Source: Scyliorhinus canicula (taxonomy: Eukaryota). Taken from it: a stretch of DNA of 64,000 nt. Below the pieces are notes generated by a model that had not been told where the DNA came from, did not search any database, and saw only the letters and a program-made list of their open reading frames with translations. Below are positions 1-12,519 of this stretch, one piece after another (the stretch's first letter is position 1; every line of letters begins with the position of its first letter). Location of the stretch: contig NC_052156.1 of the NCBI RefSeq assembly GCF_902713615.1, forward strand, positions 125,465,120 to 125,529,119. Reading direction: 5' to 3'. The position numbers were made by a program, and so were the translations under genes.

Positions 1-9
1 TACATTTAT

Positions 10-470
10 TCAAATATCATGGACAGGGACAAAAAAATGAATGAAAAGGCGAATGGAACTATGGTTTTAATTTCCGGACAACTAGAATCCAAGGTGGTAG
101 TGTTTATGCTGGAGCCACACAAAACCCTAATTAGACCACACACATGGAGTACTGCGTTCAGTTCTGGACACCACATGGTCGAGGAACAGAATATTGGCCT
201 TGGAGGCAACGTAGAGCAGATTAATAATAGGTGGATTCCAAGAATTACCATGAGGAGAGATTACACAAACCTATGGTTGTTTTCCTTGGAATTTAGAAGA
301 TTAAGGAATGATTAGATTGAAATATTCAGGATAGTAAGAGAAACTGATAGGATAGATAGAGGGAACCATCTCCACTAGCTGGAGACTTTAGGACTAGGGG
401 ATTAAACTGAAAACCAGGCCTTTCAGGAGCGAAGATAATTTTCCATGTGCAAATGGTAGCAGGAGATTTG
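10..470 (+). mobile_element. Old degenerate CR1 LINE 3' ORF2 fragment
   Basis: Decayed remnants of the CR1 C-terminal motifs (KANG..., L.KTLIRPH.EYCVQFW, LFSLEFRRLR.DLIE); compare the better-preserved CR1 at 10057-11912. Many stops and frameshifts. Confidence 0.75.
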
Positions 471-781
471 GAGAAATTGTCATTTAAATCTCAGGTACCA
501 CAAAGATCAAGTAATCTTCCTTCTTGGGCCTTACTCTTTTGATCAATTTATACTAATCTATTTACAACGCGTTTTAAGACATACAAGTAAACTAACTGCA
601 TCAAAATTCCTTCTGTATGGAAAACTACACCCAATGGAATCATCTCCTAGTAATTATGTAGCAGCAACATCAAGGTCATTGTTCAGACTGTTTGTCTGCT
701 GCACCCTGCAAAGCACACTTTTATTTTGCTGTCGCAAACCAATGATCATGAGTGGCCTTTCCACTTTAGAACATTTTTCGT

Positions 782-978
782 TAACTGGCCTGGCTGGATG
801 GCTGGTCCGTGATGCAGAGTGAGGTCAGTAGCGCGGGTTCAATTCCCGTACTGGCTGTGGCTATTCATGAAGGCCTCACCTTCGCAACCTTGCCCCTTGC
901 CTGAGATATGGTGGCCCTCAGGTTTAATCACCACCAGTCAGCTCTCAAAAGGGAAAGCAGCCTATGGTCCTCTGGAAT
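782..978 (+). mobile_element. tRNA-derived SINE (head type A; body possibly Meta-domain-like)
   Basis: B-box-like GGTTCAATTCCC; 24 nt (CGCGGGTTCAATTCCCGTACTGGC) identical to the head of the SINE at 31346. Body contains CCCTCAGGTTTAATCACCACCAGTC; the domain name is recalled, not verified. Confidence 0.7.
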
Positions 979-2105
979 TCATAGGCGGACATACAATGAA
1001 ATACGCAGTGCTGCAGCATGGGGCCCGGGCCAATGGGGGGGGGGGGGGGGGGGTATTGAGAGGTGGCTATGTGGGCCCTCAAAAGTGTAAGTCTGCATCA
1101 GCTGCTAAGCCTTAATCAAGGCGAGGAAGAGCCTCTAGCCAACGGCTGTCGAAGGGAGCAGCAGGGCAATTCTTGGCCTCCAGGCCAGGGCTGAAGGCAG
1201 GCGGCAACCAACCAAAAAGAACAGAGGCCAGCACACCAGATAGCCAGCAGCAGCAGAAAGCCAGGAGCACAAACAGTCATCAAGGCCTGGCCACCTGAAC
1301 GAGAGCAGAGAGGTGAGCAGAGCAGAAGTCGGGAGATGCGAAGAAGGCCAGGCAATCAGGGAACAGTGGCCACCGGGAACAGGGCAACCCGACTAGATTC
1401 AGAGGCCAGCCAGGTAGTAGGGCTGAGTGAGAGGGCTGGGCAGCAACCGGACTGGGCAGCGAGGGTGAGATTTGGGGTTTCTGTGCCTTGCATTGTGTGA
1501 GCAGAGGATGGGCAGGGTCATGAGGGTATTGAGATCATTCAGGGTGGGATGGGCATCATTGTGGGCAGGGCTCAATGTCAATGAGTCGAGACTCAGCGTC
1601 ACTGGGGTGGGTCACCAGGTCACCATGGAGAGGGTGTGACATGTGGTCCCTGCAAAGGGGGAGAGCACAGAGTCTCTCAGTGTTAGTGCTTCTCTGCTAG
1701 GACTGTGGTGTCATTTACCTATTTATTTTTAGTTTCCAAAACAGCTCTTATTTTGACACTACATTATAACTAGTGCAGAACTTTAACATTGTGTTTTATT
1801 CATCATTTGATTAAAGTCAGGGAGTCTGGAACAAGTGATTGAGGAATACATCATGTACAAGAAATAGATGTTAGGCCTTCCACATTACCAGGCCTCAGGC
1901 ATTATCTGTGCCACTGTCTCGTCTGAAACCAGTCAGATAAAACCAATATGGTCACAATGCATTTTTATTACACAGCCAAGCTGAAAACAATTGACCGTGC
2001 AGATTGGCTGCTCAGTCTATCCAATGTACACATTAGATCCTTCTGGCATTGTTTTTTGTTATTTGAATACACAACTTTCTCAAGTTGTGTGAAGCCAGAA
2101 ATCAT

Positions 2106-2714
2106 GGGCTAGAAGTTTCGATTCTGCGACAATGTCCGGAGGATGCGTCTGGTCTTATGGCCAAAAGGTCGGCGCCGCACTGATACTCCGTCTGGTGGGG
2201 GTCTAGCAGCCCGGCTTTACCTGCCGATACGGACGCAGAATGGCCAGGTCTGTGGCCGCGCATGTGCACGGTGGCAGCCTGCGGCGGCCGTGCTGTACAA
2301 CATGGCACTGGCCACGCGCGGACACAGCCTGCCAGATAGTGCCCCCCTGTAACACCCCTCGCCACCCCCGGACCACCCCCAACCAGTCCCTCCACCCCCG
2401 CCGAAGCCCTCCCCTCCCGACTGTGGCGCGGCTGGACACGGTCCACAGCCGCCATGTCAACTTTACAAAAATTGAGAGGACAGGTGTCCAACGCCTTCAG
2501 GTAGTCGGCCCCTCAGAGGCAGAGCGTTGGGGGGAGGGTCCCAGGTGATGTCCTGAGACCGTCCCAACAATGTGCGCCGTGCTCCTTGAATACACCAGTT
2601 TTGAGCTGGCGGAGCATCGAAAAAATGGCGCCGCCCCCAGATTTTGGCGTAAAATGGATTCTCCGACCCATCGCCAAATGCGATTTGGGAATCAGCAATC
2701 GGAGAATCCCGCCC
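2106..2714. mobile_element. PIF/Harbinger-like non-autonomous DNA transposon (MITE)
   Basis: Begins GGGC and ends AGAATCCCGCCC; 3-bp TSD CAT (2103-2105 / 2715-2717); GC/CpG-rich with no transposase. Confidence 0.75.
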
Positions 2715-2717
2715 CAT

Positions 2718-3080
2718 ATTCAGAAGGATAAGGGGCGATCTTATTGAAGCTTTCAGGATACTGGGAGGCCTAGATGGAGTGGATGTAGAGAAGATGTTTC
2801 AACTAGTAGGAAAGAACCTGAGGTCATAGCCCCAGACTGAAGGGAGGAATTTCTTCAGCCAGTGGGTTGTGAATCTGTGGAACTGTTTGCCGCAGAAGGC
2901 TAAATCACTGAATGTCTTTAAGTCAGAGATAAGGAGGTTCTCGATTAATAAGAGGATCAGGGGTTATGGGGAGAAGGCAGGAGAATGGGAATGAGAAACA
3001 TATCAGCCATGACTGGACAGCAGAGCAGACTCGATGGGCCGGGTGGCCTAATTCTGCTCCTAAGTCTTATGGTCTTATGT
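2718..3080 (+). mobile_element. CR1 LINE 3' end fragment
   Basis: Decayed RGDLIE.F.IL and FFSQ.VVNLWN motifs; 3' UTR with GGGCCG..TGGCCTAATTCTGCTCC; short TCTTATGG repeat tail. Confidence 0.8.
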
Positions 3081-3334
3081 TAAAAAAATCTCATATTAAG
3101 ACAAATACAGTTCCCAAATTCAACTCGATGCCAACTTTTCATTGTGGCAAATTTGGTATTATTACTGCTCATCTTCACAGCACAAAACTTGGGAAGGAGG
3201 ATATTCATGTGACTGCTTGGTTGAAAAACAGGGCCTACTTGTGGTCTGTGAATTGTAAATAATTTGAGCAATTTTCTACTTTGAATGCAAGTTGTTAGCA
3301 TTACATCTTCTCAGTACGGATGATTTATAATTGT

Positions 3335-4226
3335 TGTTTCAAGGTAGAAGCCATCCATGATTCCACAATGTTCAGCACCATCCATGACTCCTCAGATACA
3401 GAAGCAGTGTTGTTCAAAGGCAACGAAGACCTGGGCAATATCCAGGCTTGGGCTGACAAGTGGCAAATAACATTCGCACCACACAAGTGCCAGTCAAAGA
3501 CCATCATCAACAGGCGAGAGAATTTGACCACTTGTCGCATGACAATAACTGGCATTACCATAGCTGATTCCCCCACTATCAACATTCTGGGATTAACCAT
3601 TGACCAGAAACTGAACTGGACTAGCTGCCTAAGTATTGTGGCTACAAGAGCAGTTCAGATGCTGGGAATTCTGCAGAGAGAATTCACCTCCTGACTCCCT
3701 AAATGCTGTCAACCATCTATAAGGTACAAATCAGGAGTGTGATGGAATGCTCTCCCTTTTCCCGGATGAGTGCAGCTCTAACAACACTCAAGAAGCTTGA
3801 CACCATCCAGGGCAAAGCAGCCTGCTTGATTGACACCCTATCCACAAACATTCACTCACTCCATCACTGACACACAGTGACAGTAGTATGTACCATCTAC
3901 AAGATGTACTGCAGGAACTCATCAAGGCTCCTTAGGCAGCTCCTTCCAAACCCACAAGCGCTACCATCAAGGAGGACAAGGGAAGCAGACATGTGGGAAC
4001 ACCGCCACCTGTAAGATTCCCTCCAACCCTCTCAGCATCCTGATTTCGCAATATATTGACATTCCTTCACTTTCATCGAGTGAAAATCCCTCCCTAACAG
4101 CACTCTGGTGTACCTACACCACATGTAGGTTCAAGAAGGCTGCTCACCACCACTTTTCAAGGGGCAATTAGGGATGAGCAATAATTGCTGGCCTAGCCAG
4201 CGGAGCCCACATCCCATGAATGAACT
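3335..4226 (+). mobile_element. CR1-group LINE 3' fragment (RT C-terminus plus 3' UTR, ATGA tail)
   Basis: ORF 3320-3694 reads DLGNIQAWADKWQITFAPHKCQ...ILGLTIDQKLNW, typical of CR1-group RT C-termini; ends CCACATCCCATGAATGAA. Confidence 0.8.
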
Positions 4227-4534
4227 GAAGACATTACACGGGTTTCCAATAACAAGATTAACTACAACATTTTTAATATTCCCTTTAAACAAGCATTTCA
4301 TATGCAGTAATGGTGCAATAATCCACCTACAAAAACCCAGAAATGTCATATTTTGCCTGTTTAACATACAAACTGCCAGTTTTCTACCTAATTAATCTAA
4401 CTTATTTATGCAAATTGAATTATTTCATTAGTATTCTTGAAGATGTTTTCTATTTTAACATTGTAGTTTGATAAGTGAAACAGTTCTCTACTTGAAATGC
4501 AAGCGAAAATCAATCTTTTAATTAAACCAATAAC

Positions 4535-4772
4535 TCATATCCCACAAGGGTCTTACGGGGTGGGATTGATTATCTTCCCCATGTTTCTCGCGGTGTACGA
4601 GCTCCCCACTGAGGGGCAGGGGAACTCCATTCAGCGATGTATAAAAGGTCAGCCAGTAAGACACTGACCAAGGAGAGACTCCGGATGGATCTACAGGGAG
4701 TTAGATGTAACTTAACTGGAAATAAATGAAAGTTCTTTCAATTTTTTTCTTGGACTCCCTGTGGTCGTATTA
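4535..4772 (+). mobile_element. Probable solo LTR
   Basis: TATAAAAG at ~4640 and AATAAA at ~4721 in LTR order within ~240 bp; termini degenerate, no TSD found. Confidence 0.4.
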
Positions 4773-5204
4773 AACTATTTTCATATTACAATTAGATATT
4801 CGTTCAACCCAACAAATTCTGTTAAAATTCAAGGTGTATAGGATTGTTCTGTTTTAGTTAGGGGAAAATAGAGCAATGAAGGGGACCATGAGACATACTC
4901 TGAATTCTGTTGACAAGCCTGGGTAATTTAACTGGTAAAGGTTAAAAGGAGGAGCGCGGGCCATGTTATTTTACTGCGAAGAAGGTGAGAGATATTCAGA
5001 CCTGTAGATAATGATCAAGCTATGCTGCCAATGAATAGATTGTCTGTTTCCAAGTCAGGAAGGTGCTCGAAATGTCATGTTTTAAAAATGGTTATACTTT
5101 AAACTGGCCATTTAATTCCAAGCTAAAATCTGGCAGTCCAGAGGGTTGATAATTAGTATTTCTACCAGGATACAAGGCCCATGTGATTTGCATTGCCGTG
5201 GGAA

Positions 5205-5312
5205 GCTGGGGGGGGGGGGGGGGGGGGGGGAGAGTGAGAGAGAAAGCGCGCAAGCCAGCTCTGGGGGGGGGGGGGGGGGAGAGAGTGAGAGAGAAAGCGC
5301 GCAAGCCAGCCC
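5205..5312 (+). repeat. Two-copy tandem duplication: poly-G plus AGAGTGAGAGAGAAAGCGCGCAAGCCAGC
   Basis: A ~50-bp unit is seen twice, each copy preceded by a long G run. Confidence 0.9.
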
Positions 5313-5385
5313 TCAGAGCTTTGAATCGGCGAGGACTGATTACTGAAGAATGAAGGGCCAACTTAAGGAACAGAGTAAAGCACAA

Positions 5386-5473
5386 GAGAAAATGCTGGAA
5401 AATCTCAGGAGGTCCAGCAGAATCTGTAGGGAGAGAAAAGAGCTAACGTTTCAAGTCCAGATGACCCTGTGTC
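5386..5473 (-). mobile_element. 88-bp Penelope-derived insertion with a truncated hammerhead motif
   Basis: Perfect 12-bp TSD AGTAAAGCACAA (5374-5385 / 5474-5485). Minus strand reads GACAC AGGGTC ATCTG GACTT GAAACGTT AGCT; homologous to the terminal region of the Penelope fragment at 20895-21480. Confidence 0.8.
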
Positions 5474-6087
5474 AGTAAAGCACAAACATGGAGGGGGGTT
5501 TTCAGTCATTTTGAGGTTAATGAGAAACTTATACATTATCTGCTGAAAGGGTGTTCAGTCAATGGTCCTCATAGTTTGCTGTAGTAAAAGTTTTAAAATT
5601 TGATATCTTGTAAGATTGCTTTGCCAGACAGTCCCTGGCAGCTTTCAGTTTCTATGTGGATCCTAATAATGTACATCAAAATTTTTATTATAATGATGTT
5701 GGAACTCTAGGAGAAGGAAATTAAGGGAAGACTTGCAACCTCAATGCTACTTAACCTTTCGTTCGATTGAGTTCGAAGACTATTTTGAAAAGAACCTATT
5801 GACACAATGAAAAGGACTAAGACCTCATGGTGAATATTTTTATAAAATATGTACAGCGTACATATAGATATGCTCATTGTTATTTCCAAACTGTTAAAAC
5901 TGAACAAAGACCGTTAAAAAGACTGAACCTTGCTTGGTCCCCAAACGAAAGAAGCTACCTGGAAGTTTGGGCAAAACTCGCACATCACTACATCTGAGGA
6001 GTTACTAAAAATACCCTGTGGACTGTACAGCCCAACCTCAAAGAGAGTTATATAATCTGCATTCAATAACTGAGGCTGGCCAGAAGG

Positions 6088-6403
6088 AACATAGAACATA
6101 GAACATAGAACAGTACAGCACAGAACAGGCCCTTCGGCCCTCGATGTTGTGCCAAACAATGATCACCCCACTTAAACCCACGTAACCCGTATACCCATAA
6201 CCCAACAATCCCCCCATTAACCTTACACTACGGGCAATTTAGCATGGCCAATCCACCTAACCCGCACATCTTTGGACTGTGGGAGGAAACCGGAGCACCC
6301 GGAGGAAACCCATGCACACACGGGGAGGACGTGCAGACTCCACACAGACAGTGACCCAGCCGGGAATCGAACCTGGGACCCTGGAGCTGTGAAGCATTGA
6401 TGC
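6088..6403 (-). mobile_element. HE1-type V-SINE with CR1-derived tail
   Basis: B-box GGTTCGATTCCC and V-domain GGTTTCCTCCGGGTGCTCCGGTTTCCTCCCAC on the minus strand; tail GGGCCGAAGGGCC...(TTCTATG)n matches the CR1 3' end at ~11870-11912. Confidence 0.85.
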
Positions 6404-7236
6404 AGATTTATCATCTTCGAAGATAAAGGTCCAGAAACCTTCCTTTCAATTCCTAATGGCTGAGACATTAAACAGTTTTTGGCATGCAGACGATGGATAC
6501 ACATCCTTTGTCAAAGATGGTGGAGAGGTGAGACTCATGTGCCTCCGGCATGTGGAACAAGCAATATTACTTTACTGAACTGAATAACTCAGTCTCCTGA
6601 TTACCACCCGACCAGAAGTCTCATAGAAAAGGAGCTCTGCCCAGGTTGAATACCAGCCTGCCATCCACCCTGCTTCTGCAGGAATTCTGAACCATCACCT
6701 GTAAAACAGATTGATCTCTGCACGTGAAGTCAACACCCACTGGAAAAGTGAATTGTCCAGCAACAGTTTTCAATCGACCAGCCTCTGTGAGGAAATAACT
6801 CATTGGACTTTAATGCTGATTTCTGAAACTCAAGTGAATCAAATATTTTGTTTCTCTGTGGTCTCGGTAGAAAAAAATGTTCTTTTCTCTATCCCTCTCT
6901 ATACTGTCTGAGTGTGGAGCAACTTAGGCCACGTGTGGACGTATACCTCTGACTCAGTGCTAGCTGCTTTACCCTCAGGCTGTTTACCCCTAAATTGCCC
7001 ACTACATCTTTGATCCTATTTCCGGATCCAATTTCCGAACATCTCTCTATCGTAACACAAAAAGGTTTCAAGTATATCATTGAGTACTGGGTGATTGCTA
7101 TGCTTCGCCACCCAGATGTCTACCACCCAGATGTCTTTCAGGTCCCAGAAGCAGTTGATGTGATCCTCACGCTGAAGATCCTGGTTCAATGTTATGTTCA
7201 AGACCAAAATGCTTCCAGGTTTAAATCCCAGCAAGA

Positions 7237-7911
7237 ACATAAGAACTAGGAGCAGGAGTAAGCCACCTGGCCCTTCAAGCCTGCTCCGCCATTCAATGAG
7301 ATCATGGCTGATCTTTTGTGGACTCAGCTCCACTTTCCGGCCCAAACACCATAACCCATAATCCCTTTATTCTTCAAAAAACTATCTATCTTTCTCTTAA
7401 AAACATTTAATGAAGGAGCCTCAACTGCTTCACTGGGCAAGGAATTCCGTAGATTCACAACCCTTTGGGTGAAGAAGTTCCTCCTAAACTCAGTCCTAAA
7501 TCTACTTCCCCTTATTTTGAGGCTATGCCCCCTAGTTCTGCTTTCAACCGCCAGTGGAAACAACTGGCCCGCATCTATCCTATCTATTCCCTTCATAATT
7601 TTATATGTTTCTATAAGATTCCTCCACATCCTTTTAAATTCCAATGAGTGCAGTCCCAGTCTACTCAACCTCTCCTCGTAATCCAACCCCCTCAACTCTG
7701 GGGCACCCTCTCCTCTGCACACTCTCCAGCGCCAGTATGTCCTTCAGGTAAGGAGACCAAAACTGAACACAATACTCCAGGTGTGGCCTCACTAACACCT
7801 TATACAATTGCAGCATAACCTCCCTAGTCTTAAACTCCACCCCTCTAGCAATGAAGGACAAAACTCCATTTGCCTTCTTAATCACCTGTTGCACCCGTAA
7901 ACCACCTTTTT
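7237..7911 (-). mobile_element. CR1 LINE 5'-truncated copy (ORF2 C-terminus plus 3' UTR)
   Basis: ORFs read LQLYKVLVRPHLEYCVQFWSP and FFTQRVVNL; (TTCTTATG) tail; 6-bp TSD GCAAGA (7231-7236 / 7912-7917); internal deletion near 7705. Confidence 0.92.
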
Positions 7912-10056
7912 GCAAGATGCGCTTTCATGTTTTGGAGACAAATAAAATTACTGCTTTATTTTCAGGCCAAGATGACATGAAATAAAATATATATCTACAT
8001 TATCCTGGATACTTTATAACATTATTTTAAAACAATATATATAATTGTTAAAAGTTTTACATTACTGAAGTCTTGATTGGTTTTGACTCACACAAAAGGA
8101 ATCTAGTTTTCAGAAAATCGCAGCAACCTCATTATCTCTAAAGATGTGCTTTATGATAATAGAAATTAATTTCCAAGGAAATTCACAATGGCCCTTTTAC
8201 ATTTCTGAGACCACACCCTGGCCAAAGGAGACAGTCTGTCTGCGACGACAATGGGCCTCGAGACCTCAGGTAAATTTATTAATGGACACAACATTAACCA
8301 TCTCCAGAATCCAGACCAGGAATATACATCCTTTTGCCCAAATCAAGGTGAAGAGGTGGAAATGGGAGTCATGTCACACCCCTCAGCCCAAGCTGCTGGA
8401 TCTTGTCGTGTTGTCCTGTGAAGCTACAGGAGGCAATCTGCCATCTTCCACCAACAAAACAGCAGCAGAGCCACAACTCTTGTGGGGATTTAAGTTGCCT
8501 GGCGCTTATCTAAGCCTTGTGCTCTGGAATGCCTGAATGTACTAGCTCCCACCAAAGTAATTCATCTCTGTGTGTTTCTCCCATTCTGGAAGTCACCTTT
8601 ACAAGAAAAGTTCATTACCTGCATCAGCTTCAGCCTGCACCGCTCTGAAGGAAAACACCATTTTGATTCTGGACTCACTGAAACAAGCACTCTTTGTGGT
8701 TTTTGCCCTGTACCCCTTTAATTCCCTTCTTCCTCTTTTACTGTGTGAACACAGAAAGGGAGGGGGTGGACTTTGAAAACCATCTTCCTGTGTTTTGAGT
8801 GTGTGTAAAAGATACAAACCCTCTGATTTTACCCTATCTGGAGTTTGCCTTTGGGTTATTAATAGAGGACTGGATCACTCTAAAACTGAAGGGTTGGGGG
8901 AAATATATCAGCATTTCGAAAGGGGGAATCAAAAATCAAAAACCCTTCTCTATTTCTGGACAGGAGTTACAGGGAGAAATCAGGCCTGTTTTAAATTAAA
9001 CCCCCATTTGTCCGCAACATTTATCTTTGGATGTGGGGAGAAAGCAGAAGACTGAATGACCTTGATGGCAAACTTTCTTTTTACACAATTCTAGTTGCTT
9101 GCCTGTAGCAATGAGCATCAGTTTTCTAGTCTAACATAATCGATGTGTATGTATCCAAATTAAACCCCTCTGTCTTTAATATCCATACGCTTCTTTTCTT
9201 CAATCTTTACTGCACCTCTGATGCCAAGGCTGGTAGAAAAACAGTCATCTCTTCTGGCTTGCAATCTTAACCCTTAGAACTGATCAAAATGTATATGCCA
9301 CGCAGGCACACACAACCTCTGGGTCCACAGCTTTCCTCCCATTTTCTCCCCAACCCCCCCAAAAAAACAATAAATTCGCTCCCTGCATCATCGAAGGGAG
9401 AAATGTGCATCAATATTTAAATAATACTGAAAATGGATCAATATCCAGGATTCCTCAGGGTTCCAAAAATTAATATTTCCAATCCTGAACAAAATGTACA
9501 AAATAATGTTTCATGTATTGAATACATATGATACAAAGTTGCGAGATGATAGATTTATGCTTCCTCCCATCTTCGAGGAAGCGAAAGAGAGAATTGCCTG
9601 TACATTGGCAAAACACAGGACAAGATGTGAAGGAATGATGCAGCTGCTGATTTATATCATTGGCATTGCGTTTAAAATACATTCCTCTCCAACTTGGAGG
9701 GCAAGTTTAATATCAGAATTCCTTTCCTTATCACCTCCGTAGCTGGATCTCTCCCACCTTCACCATGAACACCATCGATTAGACCATGGGTAACCATCAA
9801 GGTTGACCTTATCTGTGACTCTGCTGCATTCTCCCCTTCCTCTTGCTCCCAGCACTACGTCAACCCACTTCGCCAGCCCGGAGCCTCCATTTCTTTATCT
9901 TTGTCCCTCCCTTTGCCAACTTCATGCTCATCAAACCCATCAGACCTTCCCACTCAAACTCTGATGATAAAACTTCACTTATCCTCATGCTAACTGACAC
10001 CCCTCTTCAAAATGACTATCTTGGTTTTGAAAAGTGTTAAATACTGGTTCTGTTCT

Positions 10057-11912
10057 TACTGAGCTAAGAAGAGCCAGGGAAGGACATGAGAAGTCTTTGG
10101 CAGGTATGATCAAGGATAACCCTAAAGCTTTCTACAGATATGTCAGGAATAAAAGAATGACTAAGGTAAGAGTAGCGCCAGTCAAGGACAGTAGTGGGAA
10201 CTTGTGCGTGGAGTCCAAGGAGATAGGAGAGGTGCTAAATGAGTATTTTTCATCTGTATTCACACAGGAAAAAGACAAAGTTGTTCAGGAGAATACTGAG
10301 ATACAGGCTACTAGACTAGAAGGGCTTGAGGTTCATAAGGAGGAGGTGTTAGCGATTCTGGAAAGTGTGAAAATAGATAAGTCCCCTGGGCCGGATGGGA
10401 TTTATCCTCGGATTCTCTGGGAAGCTAGGGAGGAGATTGCTGAGCCTTTGGCTTTGATCTTTAAGTCATCTTTGTCTACAGGAATAGTGCCAGAAGACTG
10501 GAGGATAGCAAATGTTGTCCCCTTGTTCAAGAAGGGGAGTGGAGATAACCCCGGTAACTATAGACCAGTGAACCTTACATCTGTTGTGGGAAAAGTCTTG
10601 GAAAGGTTTATAAGAGATAGGATGTATAATCATCTGGAAAGGAATAATTTGATTAGAGATAGTCAACATGGTTTTGTGAAGGGTAGGTCGTGCCTCACAA
10701 ACCTCATTGAGTTCTTCGAGAAGGTGACCAAACAGGTGGATGAGGGTAAAGCAGTTGATGTGGTGTATATGGATTTCAGTAAAGCGTTTGATAAGATTCC
10801 CCACGGTAGGCTCTTGCAGAAAATACAGAGGCATGGGATTCAGGGTGATTTAGCAATTTGGATCAGAAATTGGCTAGTTGATAGAAGACAAAGGGTGGTG
10901 GTTGATGGGAAATGTTCTGACTGGTGTCCAGTTACTAGTGGTGTATCACAAGGATCTGTTTTGGGGCTGCTGCTGTTTGTCATTTTTATAAATGACCAGG
11001 AGGAGGGCGTAGAAGGATGGGCGAGTAAATTTGCAGATGACACTAAAGTCGGTGGAGTTGTGGACAGTACAGAAGGATGTTACAAGTTACAGAGGGACAT
11101 ATATAAGCTGCAGAGCTGGGCTGACAGGTGGCAAATGGAGTTTAATGCAGAAAAGTGTGAGGTGATTCATTTTGGAAGGAATAACAGGAAGGTAGAGTAC
11201 CGGGCTAATGGTAAGATTCTTGGTAGTGTGGACGAGCAGAGAGATCCATGTCCATAGATCCCTGAAAGTTGCCACCCAGGTTGAGAGGGTTGTTAAGAAG
11301 GCGTTCGGTGTGTTGGCTTTTATTGGTAGAGGAATTGAGTTTCGGAGCCATGAGGTCATGTTGCAGTTGTACAAAACTCTGGTGCGGCCGCATTTGGAGT
11401 ATTGCGAGCAGTTCTGGTTGCCACATTATAGCAAGGATGTGGAAGCATTGGAAAGGGTACAGAGGAGATTTACAAAGATGTTGTCTGGTATGGAGGGAAG
11501 ATCTTGTGAGGAAAGGCTGAAGGACTTGAGGCTGTTTTCGTTAGAGAGAAGAAGGTTAAGAGGTGACTTAATTGAGGCATACAAGATGATCAGAGGGTTA
11601 GATAGAGTGGACAGTGAGAGCCTTTTTCCTCGGATGGTGATGTCCAGTACGAGGGGACATAGCTTTAAATTGAGGGGAGATAGATATAGGACAGAGGTCA
11701 GAGGTAGATTCTTTACTCAGAGAGTAGTAAGGGCGTAGAATGCCCTGCCTGCAACAGTAGTGGACTTGCCAACACTAAACGCATTCAAATGGTCATTGGA
11801 TAGGCATATGGATGATAAGGGAATAGTGTAGAGGGACTTTAGAGGGGGTTCACAGGACGGCGCAACATCGAGGGCCGAAGGGCCCGTACTGCGCTGTAAT
11901 GTTCTATGTTCT
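10057..11912 (+). mobile_element. CR1 LINE, 5'-truncated, with full RT domain (pseudogenised ORF2)
   Basis: KSPGPDGI, NYRP, QHGF, DFSKAFD, QGSVLG and FADD (~11030) motifs; one small deletion frameshift at ~11245 and a stop at ~11736; TTCTATG tail; TGTTCT at both ends (10051-10056 / 11907-11912). Confidence 0.97.
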
Positions 11913-11969
11913 CAAGAATCTGCAATACCACCTTATTACTGCCTTCAAAAAAAAAACACCCGACTCAGA

Positions 11970-12330
11970 GTTATAGTCATAGAGCTTTACAGCACAGAAA
12001 GAGACCCTTCGGCCCATCGTGTCTTCACCAGCCATCAAGCACCTATTTGTTCTAAACCCATTTTCCAGCACCTGGTCCGTAGCCTTGTATGTTAAGTTTC
12101 AAGTGCTCATCTAATGTGTGAGGGTTCCGCCCTCTACAACCCTTTGAGGTAGTGAGTTCCAGATTCCCACCACCCTCTGGATGAAGGTTTTTTTCTCAGA
12201 TCCCTTCTAAATCTATGCCCCCTGGTTACTGTTCCTTGACTGAGGGGAAAAGTTTCTTCCTTTCCACCCTATCTACATCCCTCATAAGTTTGTACACCCC
12301 AATCATGTTCCCCCATCAGCCTTATCTGCT
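11970..12330 (-). mobile_element. CR1 LINE 3' end fragment
   Basis: Minus-strand CR1 tail (ACGATGGGCCGAAGGGTCTCTTTCTGTGCTGTA) and a decayed FIQRVVGIWN motif. Confidence 0.8.
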
Positions 12331-12519
12331 TATTTCATCCTCACAAATTGTAACCCAACCTTTTTCATAACCATATTGAAATCCCTGAAGCTTCCATCAA
12401 AAACGCAAAATAGCCTCTAACCAAAGTTAGGAATAGCATTCGCTTTGGCTGCAACCTTGTCCAGGATGTATTATTTCTCCTCATTCTCCCTGCAGCCTGC
12501 TACACAATTGGCCACATTA

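Noticed and set aside
6940-7230. Coding-looking stretch with a 15-bp tandem duplication (CCACCCAGATGTCT)
   Set aside because: Possibly an ancient retroelement remnant, but no diagnostic motif could be assigned.
10034-11738. Potentially active CR1 reverse transcriptase gene
   Set aside because: It is 5'-truncated (no ORF1 or endonuclease), frameshifted at ~11245 and has a premature stop.
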